In this document: positions 10,482 to 21,154 of the stretch, piece by piece | Numbering within the stretch: the first letter of the stretch is position 1 | Layout: each line of letters begins with the position of its first letter | Assembly: GCA_041644975.1 (NCBI GenBank) | Contig: JBAZQX010000008.1 | Coordinates: 334 to 64,333, forward strand | DNA from: Candidatus Doudnabacteria bacterium | GTDB lineage: Bacteria > Patescibacteriota > JAQUNI01 | Length of the DNA: 64,000 bases | Reading direction: 5' to 3' | The notes under the pieces: model-generated | Databases searched by the model: none | What the model was told of the DNA's origin: nothing | What the model saw: only the letters and a program-made list of their open reading frames with translations | Made by a program: the position numbers and the translations under genes

Positions 10482-11537
10482 CTAGAGTTTAAGGTTAGAA
10501 TCTGCCTGAAGGCTATGCCAGTCGTCGTAGTCTTTTTTTAATGCCCGTGGATAAGCCGCCCCTGCGATCATAGCAGCGTTATCAGTAGGGAAATCAGTAA
10601 TTAGTAACTCGTAATCAGTAACTGGTAAGGATTTTTTGAAGAAATTTTGAAGAGCCTGATTCGCGGCCACGCCGCCCGTCAATATTATTGTGGAGACTTT
10701 AAATTTTCGCGCCGCCCGCAAAGTTTTAATCACTAAAACTTCAAAGGCAGCCTCCTGAAAAGAGGCGCAAATATCTTGAACAACTTTTTTGTTCATTTTT
10801 TTAATTTGACGCGCTTGATAAAGCACGGCGGTTTTTAAGCCTGAAAAACTAAAGTTAAAATTACCCTGATTTAAGATTGGCCGTGGAAAAGAAAAAGCCT
10901 GTCTCCCGCCGCCTCGCGCCAGCTTTTCAACAATCGGTCCGCCCGGATAACCCAAGCCCAATAATTTAGCCACTTTATCAAAAGCCTCCCCGCAAGCGTC
11001 ATCAATAGTTTCGCCAATCACCTCATAATTTCCCCACTCTTTAACTAAGACCAACATTGTATGCCCCCCGGAAACCGTGAGGCAAACTGCTGGCAATCTA
11101 ACCTTCCTATTCTCTCCCTTAATTCTTGCTTCTTGCTTGCCCGCCGAAGCTCCATCAGCGAAGGCGGGATTCTTGATCCTAATAGAATAGATATGCCCCT
11201 CAATATGGTTTACGCCCAGTATGGGTTTCCTAAAAACATAAGCCAAGGTTTTAGCAGTATCCACGCCGACCATTAAAGAAGTAATTAAGCCTGGCCCCGT
11301 GGTGACGGCGATCGCGTCCAAATCTTTTCCTTCTACTTTAGCCTCTTCCAAAGCTCTTTGAATTACCGGAATGATGTTTTCCATATGGGCGCGAGAGGCG
11401 ATTTCAGGCACCACCCCGCCATAATGGGCATGTAACTTGACTTGGGAAGAAACTATGTTAGAAAGAATAACACGGCCATCTTTTACTACAGCAGCTGCGG
11501 TTTCATCACATGATGTTTCAATACCCAAAATTAACAT
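10482..11537 (-). CDS. tsaD: tRNA N6-adenosine threonylcarbamoyltransferase
   Basis: GIETSCDETAAA, GGVVPEIASRAH, HIEGH, SGGHT, GEAFDKVA, TDNAAMIA. Confidence 0.97.
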   Translation of the reverse strand: MLILGIETSCDETAAAVVKDGRVILSNIVSSQVKLHAHYGGVVPEIASRAHMENIIPVIQRALEEAKVEGKDLDAIAVTTGPGLITSLMVGVDTAKTLAYVFRKPILGVNHIEGHIYSIRIKNPAFADGASAGKQEARIKGENRKVRLPAVCLTVSGGHTMLVLVKEWGNYEVIGETIDDACGEAFDKVAKLLGLGYPGGPIVEKLARGGGRQAFSFPRPILNQGNFNFSFSGLKTAVLYQARQIKKMNKKVVQDICASFQEAAFEVLVIKTLRAARKFKVSTIILTGGVAANQALQNFFKKSLPVTDYELLITDFPTDNAAMIAGAAYPRALKKDYDDWHSLQADSNLKL

Positions 11538-11680
11538 AAAATTTTAAATTTTAAGTTCTAAATTTTAAATCAAATCTAAATTTTAAATTCTTAATTTTAA
11601 AACTTTTTTTCCTTGGTTTTAAAATTTAAAATTATGATTTTAAAATTGAATTAAAATTAAAAATTTAGAATTTAAAATTC
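11538..11680. repeat. AT-rich degenerate heptamer/octamer tandem repeat (aattttaa-like), roughly palindromic
   Basis: Repeated aaattttaa / aattctaa units, seen directly. Confidence 0.6.
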
Positions 11681-11817
11681 TATATATACGCTATCCTAAT
11701 TATTGAAAATTATCAATCTTTATGCTAAAGTCATTTTGTTGTATATTTAAAAAACTTTTCACTTTTAACTCCCGCCTGCCAAAGCATGGCGGGCAGGTTA
11801 AACTTTTAACTTACATT

Positions 11818-11890
<73 letters not shown>

Positions 11891-12321
11891 CTAATAAATA
11901 ATCTAAAAATAAAAAATCGATTCTGAAAAATAACCTTTTCAATATCTAAAAGGAATCGAACCAGGGAAGGGGTAGGGGAAACAATAGTTTCCCCGCTGTG
12001 GAAGTATTGAAACCATGCCCGCCAATGTCTGGCATGGCAGGCGGGCGCAAGGTTTCAAAAAACTTTAGCGACGTGAGATTCCCCATAGGGCTGCAATTAA
12101 GAAATGTCAACAATTTGGTATCATCTTGCTTCACCAAGCGACCAAATTGTAATGGATTTTGGGTAGAAAAACGATTGGCGATTTTTTGCCAAAGGCAGGG
12201 GTAAAAAAATTTATCTCTATTAAACAGAAATCTGACTATTTCTTTTTTATTTTAGATTAGCCAAATTTGTGCGTTATCTGCAGATAATTTTGCTTATCTT
12301 AGGTCAAAATATAAGCATATC

Positions 12322-12349
12322 TTGACAAAATACGAAAATATGATATTAT
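12322..12349 (+). promoter_or_regulatory. Sigma70-type promoter
   Basis: TTGACA followed about 16 nt later by TATTAT, upstream of the 12455 ORF. Confidence 0.5.
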
Positions 12350-12454
12350 ATCTATATCACACATTTTTACCTAAATAGGTATTGCATTTCAGTATTCAGC
12401 AGTTCTTTACCACGCGCCTGCACAATGCGGGCATTAAGATAAAGGAGTTTAATT

Positions 12455-12826
12455 GTGAACGCTTATCGCAGATGGCTCTGTAGGCAAAATAAAAACACGG
12501 GAAAACCAATGTGGTGGGTGGTTTTCGGCTTAGGTATAGTAATCGTGCTTACCTGGGTCGCTGCAGCTCTACCCTGCATCGGCATGTTTACTGGATGGAA
12601 CTCGCTGGGTGAAATCGTGCACCTGTCCACCAACAAACTCGGCTTAACCATCTATGGATTCTGGACCTTGTCTGAACCGGTGGCGACTTACTACATAGTC
12701 GGAGTGATTTTGTCCGTGGCTCTAGTTATGTTCGGGTGGCTCATAGCCGAAATCGGTCAGAACTATGGACACGGACTTCGGTATTATATGCCGGCATCCG
12801 GCCACCCTCATGGCTGCTGGCAGTAA
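12455..12826 (+). CDS. Hypothetical membrane protein
   Basis: AAGGAG SD before the GTG; two hydrophobic helices. Confidence 0.6.
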   Translation: MNAYRRWLCRQNKNTGKPMWWVVFGLGIVIVLTWVAAALPCIGMFTGWNSLGEIVHLSTNKLGLTIYGFWTLSEPVATYYIVGVILSVALVMFGWLIAEIGQNYGHGLRYYMPASGHPHGCWQ

Positions 12827-12993
12827 TCTATGTCGAGGATGAGTTACACCGTCCTCACTACCTCTTTGTAAATTTTGATAAAATTTACTATAGGGAGGTA
12901 GTTTTTTATTTATGCAGTATTTTTCATTCTTTCCCGTTATAAATTAAAGAACAGACTTGCTGCTCTTTCAAAATCAAAATTGCCTCTTATCTC

Positions 12994-13728
12994 TTGTTCT
13001 GTTATAATGAACGCAAAATCAACCGTTCTTGTTTTTTGATTATGCGACTTTTATTCTACATCTTGATTGCGCTCGCGCCAGGTATTTTTTGGCTCATTTT
13101 TTATCGCCGCAAGGATCGTGAAGAGCCGGAACCTGTAAAGCTCGTCTTTAAAATCTTCATCTGGGGTATGTTGATGACCATACCGGCAGCCGCCTTGGAA
13201 TTTATCGTGGACTACATTATGCCTTACTCGGATAATGATAGCATCAGTCAAATTATCTGGGGGACCTTTCTCGTGATTGCGCCGGTGGAAGAGTATTTAA
13301 AATATCTTGTAATCAAAAGAAAAGTCTACCGCCGCCCTGAATTTGACGAACGATTGGACGGGATTATTTATGGCACGGTCGCGGGTCTTGGCTTCGCTTC
13401 CTTAGAAAATCTGATGGCCACCTTAGGCAATGGTCCTTCTATTATTCTCTTCCGCTTTTTTACCGCCACCCTAATGCACGCCTTAACCTCTGGTATTGTC
13501 GGCTATTACTTAGGCCGTGCCCGCTTTAACCCGAAAGCGGAAAAAAAGCTAATCCTGCGCGGACTTCTAATTGCCATCATCATCCACGGAGCCTACAATT
13601 TTATGATTACGTTGAGACTGAATCTGACTATCCCCTTCTTAATCATCTTACTCCTCGGTATTTTTATCACTTTGAATCAGCTGATTAAAATCCTAAAAGG
13701 GAGAAAAGCCCAGCTTAATAGTAAATAA
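12994..13728 (+). CDS. prsW: PrsW-family intramembrane metalloprotease
   Basis: DREEPEP, APVEEYLK, DGIIYG, GFASLEN, MHAL and HGAYN motifs; real start probably MRLLF at about 13042. Confidence 0.9.
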   Translation: MFCYNERKINRSCFLIMRLLFYILIALAPGIFWLIFYRRKDREEPEPVKLVFKIFIWGMLMTIPAAALEFIVDYIMPYSDNDSISQIIWGTFLVIAPVEEYLKYLVIKRKVYRRPEFDERLDGIIYGTVAGLGFASLENLMATLGNGPSIILFRFFTATLMHALTSGIVGYYLGRARFNPKAEKKLILRGLLIAIIIHGAYNFMITLRLNLTIPFLIILLLGIFITLNQLIKILKGRKAQLNSK

Positions 13729-13761
13729 TTTTAATAATTAAGAAATAGGAGGCAAAATAAA

Positions 13762-14208
13762 ATGGCAAAAAAAACTTTTTTGGAAAAACTGGCAGGAGCA
13801 AAAAATGTTCCGCTGGAAAATGCTCCTCAAAGGAATGAGGGCAATATCCCGCCGCGTGAAGAGCCCACGCAAGACTATGAAGGCCAACTCACCATTGATG
13901 TCTATCAGACTCCCAATGAAATTGTGATCAAATCTACTATTGCCGGCGTGAAACCGGAAGATTTAGACGTCACGATCAACAATGATATGCTCACCATCAA
14001 AGGCGTGCGCAAAAATGACGCGCGGAATAAACCCGAGGATTATTACTATCAAGAATGTTACTGGGGTCCTTTCTCCCGCTCCGTGATTCTGCCCGTGGAT
14101 GTAGAAGCAGAAAACATCAAAGCGGAATTAAAAAATGGCATTCTCACCATTGTTCTCCCTAAGGCCTCCAAAGCCAAAACAAAAACAATCACCGTGGAAG
14201 CTACATAA
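13762..14208 (+). CDS. Hsp20/alpha-crystallin small heat shock protein
   Basis: IDVYQT, AGVKPEDLDV, ECYWGPFSRSVILP, AELKNGILTIVLPK. Confidence 0.93.
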   Translation: MAKKTFLEKLAGAKNVPLENAPQRNEGNIPPREEPTQDYEGQLTIDVYQTPNEIVIKSTIAGVKPEDLDVTINNDMLTIKGVRKNDARNKPEDYYYQECYWGPFSRSVILPVDVEAENIKAELKNGILTIVLPKASKAKTKTITVEAT

Positions 14209-14310
14209 AAGGCGCGCCTCTTTCAATACGCTTTTAAAAACAAAAGAATCACGCAGTTTGTCTTTTTTTACCACACGCGCATATAAAAAAATAATCAATA
14301 CTTTTCACCT

Positions 14311-17037
14311 ATGATTACAATCCAAAACAAGATTTCTTCTGTTTGTGACCATATTATTCTTTGGGCATTAATTTTGCTGGCTTTTTTGGTTCCCCTCTTT
14401 TTTCTCCCTTTTACGCCGCAACTCACCGAGTTCTCCAAGCAAGTCCTTTTCTTTGTCACTGTTCTAATTGGGTATCTTGCTTGGTTTGGCAAGGGAATCT
14501 TAAATAAAAAACTCATTATTAAACGGACTCCTCTGGATATTCCCATTCTGGCCTTTTTAATTGTGTATGGACTGGCGACCATCTTTTCGGTGGACCGCGT
14601 GACGAGTATTTTAGGCGCTTACGGCCAAGGCGCCGCAGGCTTGGTGAGTGTTATTTTTTACGCCCTTCTGTATTTTATCTTGGTGAGCAATGTGAACAGC
14701 CGCAAAAAAGTATTGCGGCTTTGTATAAGCCTTCTCATCTCTACTACTATTTTAGTTGCTTTTGTTTTTCTCCAAATCTTTAATATCTTCATCCTGCCTT
14801 TTGAGTTCGCAAAAAACATCTCTTTCAACCCCGTAGGCTCCTTCTCGTCGCTTGTGACCTTTCTCGCCTTTGTCTTAAGCATCGCCACCGCTTTTTTGCT
14901 AAAGCCCCGGATGAATATCATCTTTAGAATTATGGTTTTAATCTTGGTTTTAGCCGCGCTTATTCTGCTCAACACGATTAATTTCAAAATAGCCTGGCAT
15001 ATCCTTATCCTAAGTATGTTTATTATCTTGAGCTTTGGAATCGCCAAGGAAAAAGAATATATCAACAAAGGATGGTTAATCGTGCCCGCGGCTATCCTCG
15101 TAATTGCTATTTTCGCCACTACATTGGGTATTCCCTCTATTATTAAAGGAAAACTACCCAGCGAGGTTTCTCTAAGCTTTAAACTTTCCATGGAAACTAC
15201 TCGCCAAACTCTCTGGCATGGTTTCTTTAATTTTCTTTTCGGTTCTGGACCAGAGACTTTCGGTTATGATTTTTCAAGCTTCCGACCAGCCAGCTTTAAT
15301 CAAAATATCATCTGGAATGTCCGCTTTGACAAAGCCAATAACACCTATCTGGAACTTTTAGCTACCAGCGGCGCTTTAGGGATATTAACCTATATTGTGA
15401 TCCTTCTAATTTTTATTGGATCCTCCAGTCTCCTACTAATCAAATCAAAAAGAGAGTATCTTCCTGCCCGCCATCGCTTCGCTTCAGGCGAGGCGGGCGG
15501 GTTCGGAACAAACAATAATAAGTCCCAAAAAATGGCGTTGCCTCCCCATCAATCCTTCTTAAAATCAAGATTTGCCTTGTTCCACAAATCCGCCACCCTA
15601 AACCCTCCCCCGGAAAAAACAATAGATCCTGGCAACGCAAATGAGCAAAGAACCGAGACAACAACTTCAACGCCAATAGAACTCCCAAATATTGAGAGAG
15701 AAGCTACCCTCCCAACCGCGGAAGAACCGCGGAACATTAATATTAACCTTAAAACAGGAAGGGAAATCTTCCATTCCTCATCATCTAAAGGAGTCGTGGA
15801 TTTGAAAACCAGAACAATCAAAGAAGACGAAGAGGAAGAGGAAGAAGAAGAGATAGCGCGCCCCGAACCGCATGCTGATTTTATTATCTTGGGTATCGTA
15901 GGCGCTTGGGCGGCTCTGTTTCTCGCTAACTTTTTAAATTTCGCCAATACCACACTGCAAATTTTTTTCTGGTTCTCCATGGGGTTGATTATGGCCCTCG
16001 TTACTGTCTATCGCCCTCAAGAATTTAAAAAAACAAAGCTTTCTTTCAAGACCTCGCCCAAATATGCGCTGTTTCTCTCCTTTATCTTTGTGTTAGCCCT
16101 TTGTATGGTTACGGTTCTCTTTACTTATCTCGGAAAAATTTATCTGGCGGACGTTTACCATCAACGAGGGTTAGAGAAAATTGCCGCGGAAAAATACAAC
16201 GAAGCTACCGCCCTCTTCCACCGTGCCGTCGCGCTAAATAAATACCGACCAATATACTATTTAGCCCTAGCCCAAAACTACTTGACCCAAGCTAACTTAG
16301 AAGCCGCCAAGGGAGAAGCGGCAGACATCAACCAAATTCAAACCCTGGTTGCCAATAGTATCAACGAATCCAAACTCGCTACCGATCTTTCCCCTAGCGA
16401 TGTCAATCTGTGGGAAGCCCGAGGTCAAATCTACGAAAACACAACTCTCTACTCGCGAAACGCCAATGAATGGGTGATTAAGTCTTATGAAAAGGCGCTG
16501 GAATTAGAGCCGACGAATCCCACCTTTTTAGCGAAACTCGGACGTGCCTATATGATTTCCGCTTCCACGGCAGAAGGCGAAGAGCAAGAAAATAATTATA
16601 ATCAGGCTCTGGAAGCTTTCAAAAAGGCGGTGGAGTTAAAACCAGACTACCTTGCCGCCCATTATTATCTTGCTCTAATTTATGAAAACAAGAAACAGTT
16701 TGACGAAGCCTTAGAGCAAATTGGCACCGCGTATCAAATTGCTCCCCAAAATCAAGATATCATTTATGAATTGGGTCGCGTTTCCTATAATAAAGCAATG
16801 GTTGGAGATCATAATGACTTAAAAAATAACTTAGATTTCCAACGCGCCATGGATGCCTTCAATCTCGTGGTCAGTCAAAATGCCAACCACGCCAATGCTC
16901 TCTATAGTCTAGGCTTGGCTTATGAAAGTCTGGGTGAAACTGGTAAAGCCTTAGAAAATATTCGAAGGGTTCAAGAACTCAATCCAGATAATGAACAGAT
17001 TAAACAAAAAGTCCAAGATTTAGAATCCAAACTCTAA
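14311..17037 (+). CDS. Polytopic membrane protein (O-antigen-ligase-like) with C-terminal TPR repeats
   Basis: Many TM helices, FGSGPETF...DKANNTYLELLATSGALG (Wzy_C-like), TPR motifs such as KALELEP and HANALYSLGLAY. Confidence 0.8.
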   Translation: MITIQNKISSVCDHIILWALILLAFLVPLFFLPFTPQLTEFSKQVLFFVTVLIGYLAWFGKGILNKKLIIKRTPLDIPILAFLIVYGLATIFSVDRVTSILGAYGQGAAGLVSVIFYALLYFILVSNVNSRKKVLRLCISLLISTTILVAFVFLQIFNIFILPFEFAKNISFNPVGSFSSLVTFLAFVLSIATAFLLKPRMNIIFRIMVLILVLAALILLNTINFKIAWHILILSMFIILSFGIAKEKEYINKGWLIVPAAILVIAIFATTLGIPSIIKGKLPSEVSLSFKLSMETTRQTLWHGFFNFLFGSGPETFGYDFSSFRPASFNQNIIWNVRFDKANNTYLELLATSGALGILTYIVILLIFIGSSSLLLIKSKREYLPARHRFASGEAGGFGTNNNKSQKMALPPHQSFLKSRFALFHKSATLNPPPEKTIDPGNANEQRTETTTSTPIELPNIEREATLPTAEEPRNININLKTGREIFHSSSSKGVVDLKTRTIKEDEEEEEEEEIARPEPHADFIILGIVGAWAALFLANFLNFANTTLQIFFWFSMGLIMALVTVYRPQEFKKTKLSFKTSPKYALFLSFIFVLALCMVTVLFTYLGKIYLADVYHQRGLEKIAAEKYNEATALFHRAVALNKYRPIYYLALAQNYLTQANLEAAKGEAADINQIQTLVANSINESKLATDLSPSDVNLWEARGQIYENTTLYSRNANEWVIKSYEKALELEPTNPTFLAKLGRAYMISASTAEGEEQENNYNQALEAFKKAVELKPDYLAAHYYLALIYENKKQFDEALEQIGTAYQIAPQNQDIIYELGRVSYNKAMVGDHNDLKNNLDFQRAMDAFNLVVSQNANHANALYSLGLAYESLGETGKALENIRRVQELNPDNEQIKQKVQDLESKL

Positions 17038-17068
17038 AAAGACTGAATTTCCAAAAACTATAATGAAC

Positions 17069-17098
17069 AAAGCCCTCTTTATTTGGAAAGAGGGCTTT
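17069..17098 (+). terminator. Probable intrinsic terminator hairpin
   Basis: aaagccctct...agagggcttt downstream of the TPR gene. Confidence 0.55.
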
Positions 17099-17293
17099 AA
17101 ATTTGAAAAAAAAGTATCTTTTCGTTATAGTATAATAAACCCCGTTAGAGAACGAGATTCTTTAACGGGGTAAATAACAAAAACGCAAAGCGTAGAATTT
17201 CATCCCTAGCGGGAGATCACCCGAAAGGGTGACAAAACCACAACTAAAAAACGCTTTATAGTTTTAGTTTTAAAACAAAGTTGATTTTATTTT

Positions 17294-19162
17294 ATGCCTA
17301 AAAGAAACAAGAATAAACTGAATCTCCCATTCTTTTGCACCATCGTCTTTCTTCTGGTATTTGGCGGTTTTATTTTAATGCAGAATCTCCTCTACGCCGA
17401 AAAAATTTACCCCCATATCAAAGTGGCGGGTTTAGATCTGGGAAGTAAAACCAAAAATGAGGCGCAAAGCATCTTGCAAGACCGCATCAACTATTTTCAA
17501 AATCAGGGGGTCTCTATTTTCTATAAAGAAAGGGAATGGCCCCTGGCTGAAGAAGATATCGGACTTACCTTCAAAGTGAACCAAACTTTGGACGAAGCGT
17601 TTCTTTTCGGTCACGAAGAGGATATTATTCAAAGGTTAAAAAGCCAACTTGCAATTCTCACACAGGGTGTGAATTTATCTTTGCGATATGAACTAGACGA
17701 GGATAAGCTAGATCAATATCTAAAAAATAACTTAATGTTCTTAGAGATAAAACCGGAGATGGCGGAAGTGATTTTGGAAAATTCTGGTTTCGAAATTAAA
17801 GAAGAAAAAACTGGTCAAGAGATAGACCTCGCGGAACTCAAGCAAAAAATTAAAAATAGTTTAGATAATCTTCAGGATCAAAAAATAGAGGTGGTTATTA
17901 AAGAAAGCCGCCCTGAAGTGACCCGCGCCAATGTCCTAGATGCTTATAATATGGCGGAGGAAATGGTTCAAAAACCCTTAAAACTTACTTATGAAAAAAA
18001 ATATTGGACTGTTTCTCCAAAAATGCTTGTTTCTTGGGTTGACTTTCAATTAAACCAAGATAAGGTAATGGAGGCGGGTTTAAAAAGGGAAACCGCGGAC
18101 GCCTTTCTAAAAAACGTTGCCGCTGAAATTGAACAGGAACCTGAAGATGCCCGTTTTAAAATTGACAATAGCCGCGTCGTTGCTTTTGAGTTAGGGCAGG
18201 ATGGCAAAAAGATTGATTTGGAAGAAACGATGGAATTGATTAAAAACGCCCTGCAAACTCCAACCGAAGGGAGCGAGAAAAAAACGGAAATCACAGTGCG
18301 CACGGTCACGCCCAATGTAAGCAATCAAAATATTGATGAACTCGGCATTAAAACCTTGATTGGTACGGGAGAATCAGACTTTGCCGGCTCTCCCTTAAAC
18401 CGCAAACATAATATTGGTGTCGGCTCGGAAAAATTGAACGGTGTTTTAATTGAACCGGGCGAAGAATTCTCCATCGTTCAAACCTTAGGCGAGGTATCGG
18501 CAGCTACGGGTTACAAACCAGAACTTGTGATTAAACCCGAGGGAACGATTCCCGAATTTGGCGGGGGCTTGTGCCAAGTCTCCACAACCCTCTTCCGCGC
18601 GGCTATATATTCTGGCCTGCCGATCACGGAACGCAAAGCCCATAAATATGTCGTCTCTTATTATAAACCGACTGGAATGGATGCCACGATTTATATTCCT
18701 CATCCAGATCTGCGTTTTAAAAACGACACGCCGGGTCATATCTTGATCCAAAAACGCATCATTGGCAATAAACTCTATTTTGATTTTTACGGCACTGACG
18801 ACGGTCGCGAGGTAAAAATTGAAGGTCCGTACTATACTTCAGGGTGGGTTAACCCGAGCCCGCCGGAATACATTGAAACCAACACCCTGAAAAAAGGAGA
18901 AAAGAAACAAATAGAAAAGGAACACAAGGGCATTTCCACGGTTTTTCACCGCGCCATAACCCGTGATGGGCAGGAAATTCTGCGTGATAGTTTTTATTCT
19001 AAATACCAGCCTTGGAACGCCGTATTCTTAGTAGGCACAGGCGGAACTGATGTCAAAGGCGAACAAAAAGAAAATACTCCGCCCAAAATAGAAAACCAAC
19101 AAAAAAAACCGCCCCCACCGACAGAAATTAAAAAGAAGCCACCCGTCAAGGAAGAGGAATAA
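17294..19162 (+). CDS. VanW-family protein with peptidoglycan-binding domains
   Basis: N-terminal TM helix; NRKHNI, IEPGEEFS, GGGLCQVSTTLFRA, GMDATI, DLRFKNDT. Confidence 0.92.
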   Translation: MPKRNKNKLNLPFFCTIVFLLVFGGFILMQNLLYAEKIYPHIKVAGLDLGSKTKNEAQSILQDRINYFQNQGVSIFYKEREWPLAEEDIGLTFKVNQTLDEAFLFGHEEDIIQRLKSQLAILTQGVNLSLRYELDEDKLDQYLKNNLMFLEIKPEMAEVILENSGFEIKEEKTGQEIDLAELKQKIKNSLDNLQDQKIEVVIKESRPEVTRANVLDAYNMAEEMVQKPLKLTYEKKYWTVSPKMLVSWVDFQLNQDKVMEAGLKRETADAFLKNVAAEIEQEPEDARFKIDNSRVVAFELGQDGKKIDLEETMELIKNALQTPTEGSEKKTEITVRTVTPNVSNQNIDELGIKTLIGTGESDFAGSPLNRKHNIGVGSEKLNGVLIEPGEEFSIVQTLGEVSAATGYKPELVIKPEGTIPEFGGGLCQVSTTLFRAAIYSGLPITERKAHKYVVSYYKPTGMDATIYIPHPDLRFKNDTPGHILIQKRIIGNKLYFDFYGTDDGREVKIEGPYYTSGWVNPSPPEYIETNTLKKGEKKQIEKEHKGISTVFHRAITRDGQEILRDSFYSKYQPWNAVFLVGTGGTDVKGEQKENTPPKIENQQKKPPPPTEIKKKPPVKEEE

Positions 19163-19206
19163 AAAAAAATGACGAGTAGACCCCGTCATAAGATAAAAAT
19201 CCGCTT

Positions 19207-19392
19207 CTATCTCAAGCGACTAACAAGAAAGACAAAGGGTATTAAAACGACTATGTCTGTTATAATCATTCCCCATCTTCCTTGAGGAAGCTTCAAGTGT
19301 TTAAATAACTGCCATACAAGAATAGTAAAAATAGCATAAAGCGCGCCGTTCCAACACAATAATAATATAAAATCAACTATCGTCCCATTCAT
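19207..19392 (-). CDS. Small hydrophobic membrane protein (61 aa)
   Basis: Strong AAGGAGG SD before the ATG at 19392; two hydrophobic segments. Confidence 0.6.
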   Translation of the reverse strand: MNGTIVDFILLLCWNGALYAIFTILVWQLFKHLKLPQGRWGMIITDIVVLIPFVFLVSRLR

Positions 19393-19446
19393 TTGTATCC
19401 TCCTTGGTTGTTTTAAAGCACAACATAAACCTCTGATATAGCGCTC

Positions 19447-19715
19447 CTTAATCTGTAGACGTGCGCTCCCAAGTCTACTTGAGAGCAAGGCTAATCCTCG
19501 AGGATAAGGCAAGTCTGCCCCCCTCACCCAGAAAGGATTTGGGTACAAACACCCGACATATTTTGATATGGATTAATCAATAAAACTCAAAATATATGGG
19601 TAGTGGATTGATATTGAGCTCTGCTCATATCCATTCTGGGTGAGGGGTAACTCGCGCTTTATAAATATCCATCGCAAAAAGATTAGCCCTTCTTTAAAAC
19701 CGCCTACAGATTAAG
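19447..19715. other. Long imperfect inverted repeat (about 270 nt), candidate structured RNA
   Basis: Nested pairs cttaatctgtag/ctacagattaag, ggctaatc/gattagcc, cccctcacccagaa/ttctgggtgagggg, atattttga/tcaaaatat. Confidence 0.6.
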
Positions 19716-19964
19716 AAGTACCATCTTTACCCCGTTGGAGAAAGTGGGGAAGATATAGACGCTGACCCCGTTAGAAATAAATTTCTAAACGGGGTCAGAG
19801 AATGAAGTTCTCTAACGGGGTTTACAGACGAACGCTATACATTAGCACAGTTAAAATCTCCTGTCAAGCCTTTTTGTAAAAAACGAAGAAAATTCAAAAT
19901 AAATCTTTGTCAACGCGCAAAATCAATTGTATAATATAATGAACAGGTTTAAATCCAAACCAAA

Positions 19965-20981
19965 ATGCCATTGAGTCCAGTCGTCTCCCATACTGAAAAA
20001 AATGAAGATAAAAATCTTGATTTAAGACTTAGACCGCAAACCCTTAAAGAATATATCGGTCAAGCTAAAATCAAAGAAAGTCTGGCAATTTTTTTAGCCG
20101 CGGCAAAAAAAAGGAAAGAACCTTTAGAACACATCCTTCTGTACGGACCGCCGGGATTAGGAAAAACTACCCTTGCCAATATCATCGCGCGGGAAATGGG
20201 GGTAGCGATTAAAACTACCTCCGGACCCGCTTTAGAGCGGCCTGGCGATTTGGGCGCGATTTTGACTAATCTTGAGGATGGCGACATCCTCTTTATTGAT
20301 GAGTGCCACCGCATGAATCGCCAGATTGAAGAAATTCTGTATCCCGCGATGGAAGAGCAGGTTTTAGATATTATTATCGGCAAAGGACCTTCGGCTAAAA
20401 ACATCCGCCTCCCCTTGAATTGTTTCACCCTGATCGGCGCAACCACCAAAATCGGCATGCTCTCCTCGCCTTTGCGCGACCGTTTCGGCTCGGTTTATCG
20501 CCTGCGCTATTATGAAGTAGAGGAGATAGAACAAATCATCGCGCGTTCCAGCCATATCCTTAAAGTGCAAAAAATGGAAAAGGCGGCCCTGAAAAAACTT
20601 GCCTGCTGTTCACGCCGCACGCCCAGAATTGCCAATCGGCTCTTAAAAAGAGTACGCGATTACGCCGAAGTGAAAACAAACGGTTCTGTTAACCTAAAGG
20701 TGGTCGAAGCCGCCCTAGCTATGCTGGAAATTGACAAGTTAGGCTTAGATCATATTGACCGCGAACTATTGAAAGTGATTATTGAAAAATTTGACGGCGG
20801 ACCAGTGGGTTTGAATGCCCTCTCCGCTTCTTCTTCCGAAGAACAAGACGCGATTGAAGAGGTGCACGAACCCTTTTTATTGCAAGCGGGTTTATTGACC
20901 CGCACCCCGCGCGGCAGAATCGCCACCGATCTTGCCTATGAGCACTTAAACATTGTTCCTCATAAACAGAAGATGCTATAA
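19965..20981 (+). CDS. ruvB: Holliday junction branch migration helicase
   Basis: [43 protein letters not shown]. Confidence 0.98.
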   Translation: MPLSPVVSHTEKNEDKNLDLRLRPQTLKEYIGQAKIKESLAIFLAAAKKRKEPLEHILLYGPPGLGKTTLANIIAREMGVAIKTTSGPALERPGDLGAILTNLEDGDILFIDECHRMNRQIEEILYPAMEEQVLDIIIGKGPSAKNIRLPLNCFTLIGATTKIGMLSSPLRDRFGSVYRLRYYEVEEIEQIIARSSHILKVQKMEKAALKKLACCSRRTPRIANRLLKRVRDYAEVKTNGSVNLKVVEAALAMLEIDKLGLDHIDRELLKVIIEKFDGGPVGLNALSASSSEEQDAIEEVHEPFLLQAGLLTRTPRGRIATDLAYEHLNIVPHKQKML

Positions 20982-21154
20982 TAACTTGAATAACTTTCTA
21001 TTTACAATCAATTTTTGATGCTTCAATACCTAAATTTTCAAACCCCGTTAGAAATCAAAATTTCTAAACGGGGCAAACATTTCGAAAAAATTTATCCTCC
21101 ATATTAAAAATTGAAAATTAATAATGTCTTTATAATTAATCTCAACTCTAAACT

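Noticed and set aside
15822-15852. GAA/GAG run (poly-Glu) as a phase-variation tract
   Set aside because: Imperfect trinucleotide repeat; slippage would keep the frame
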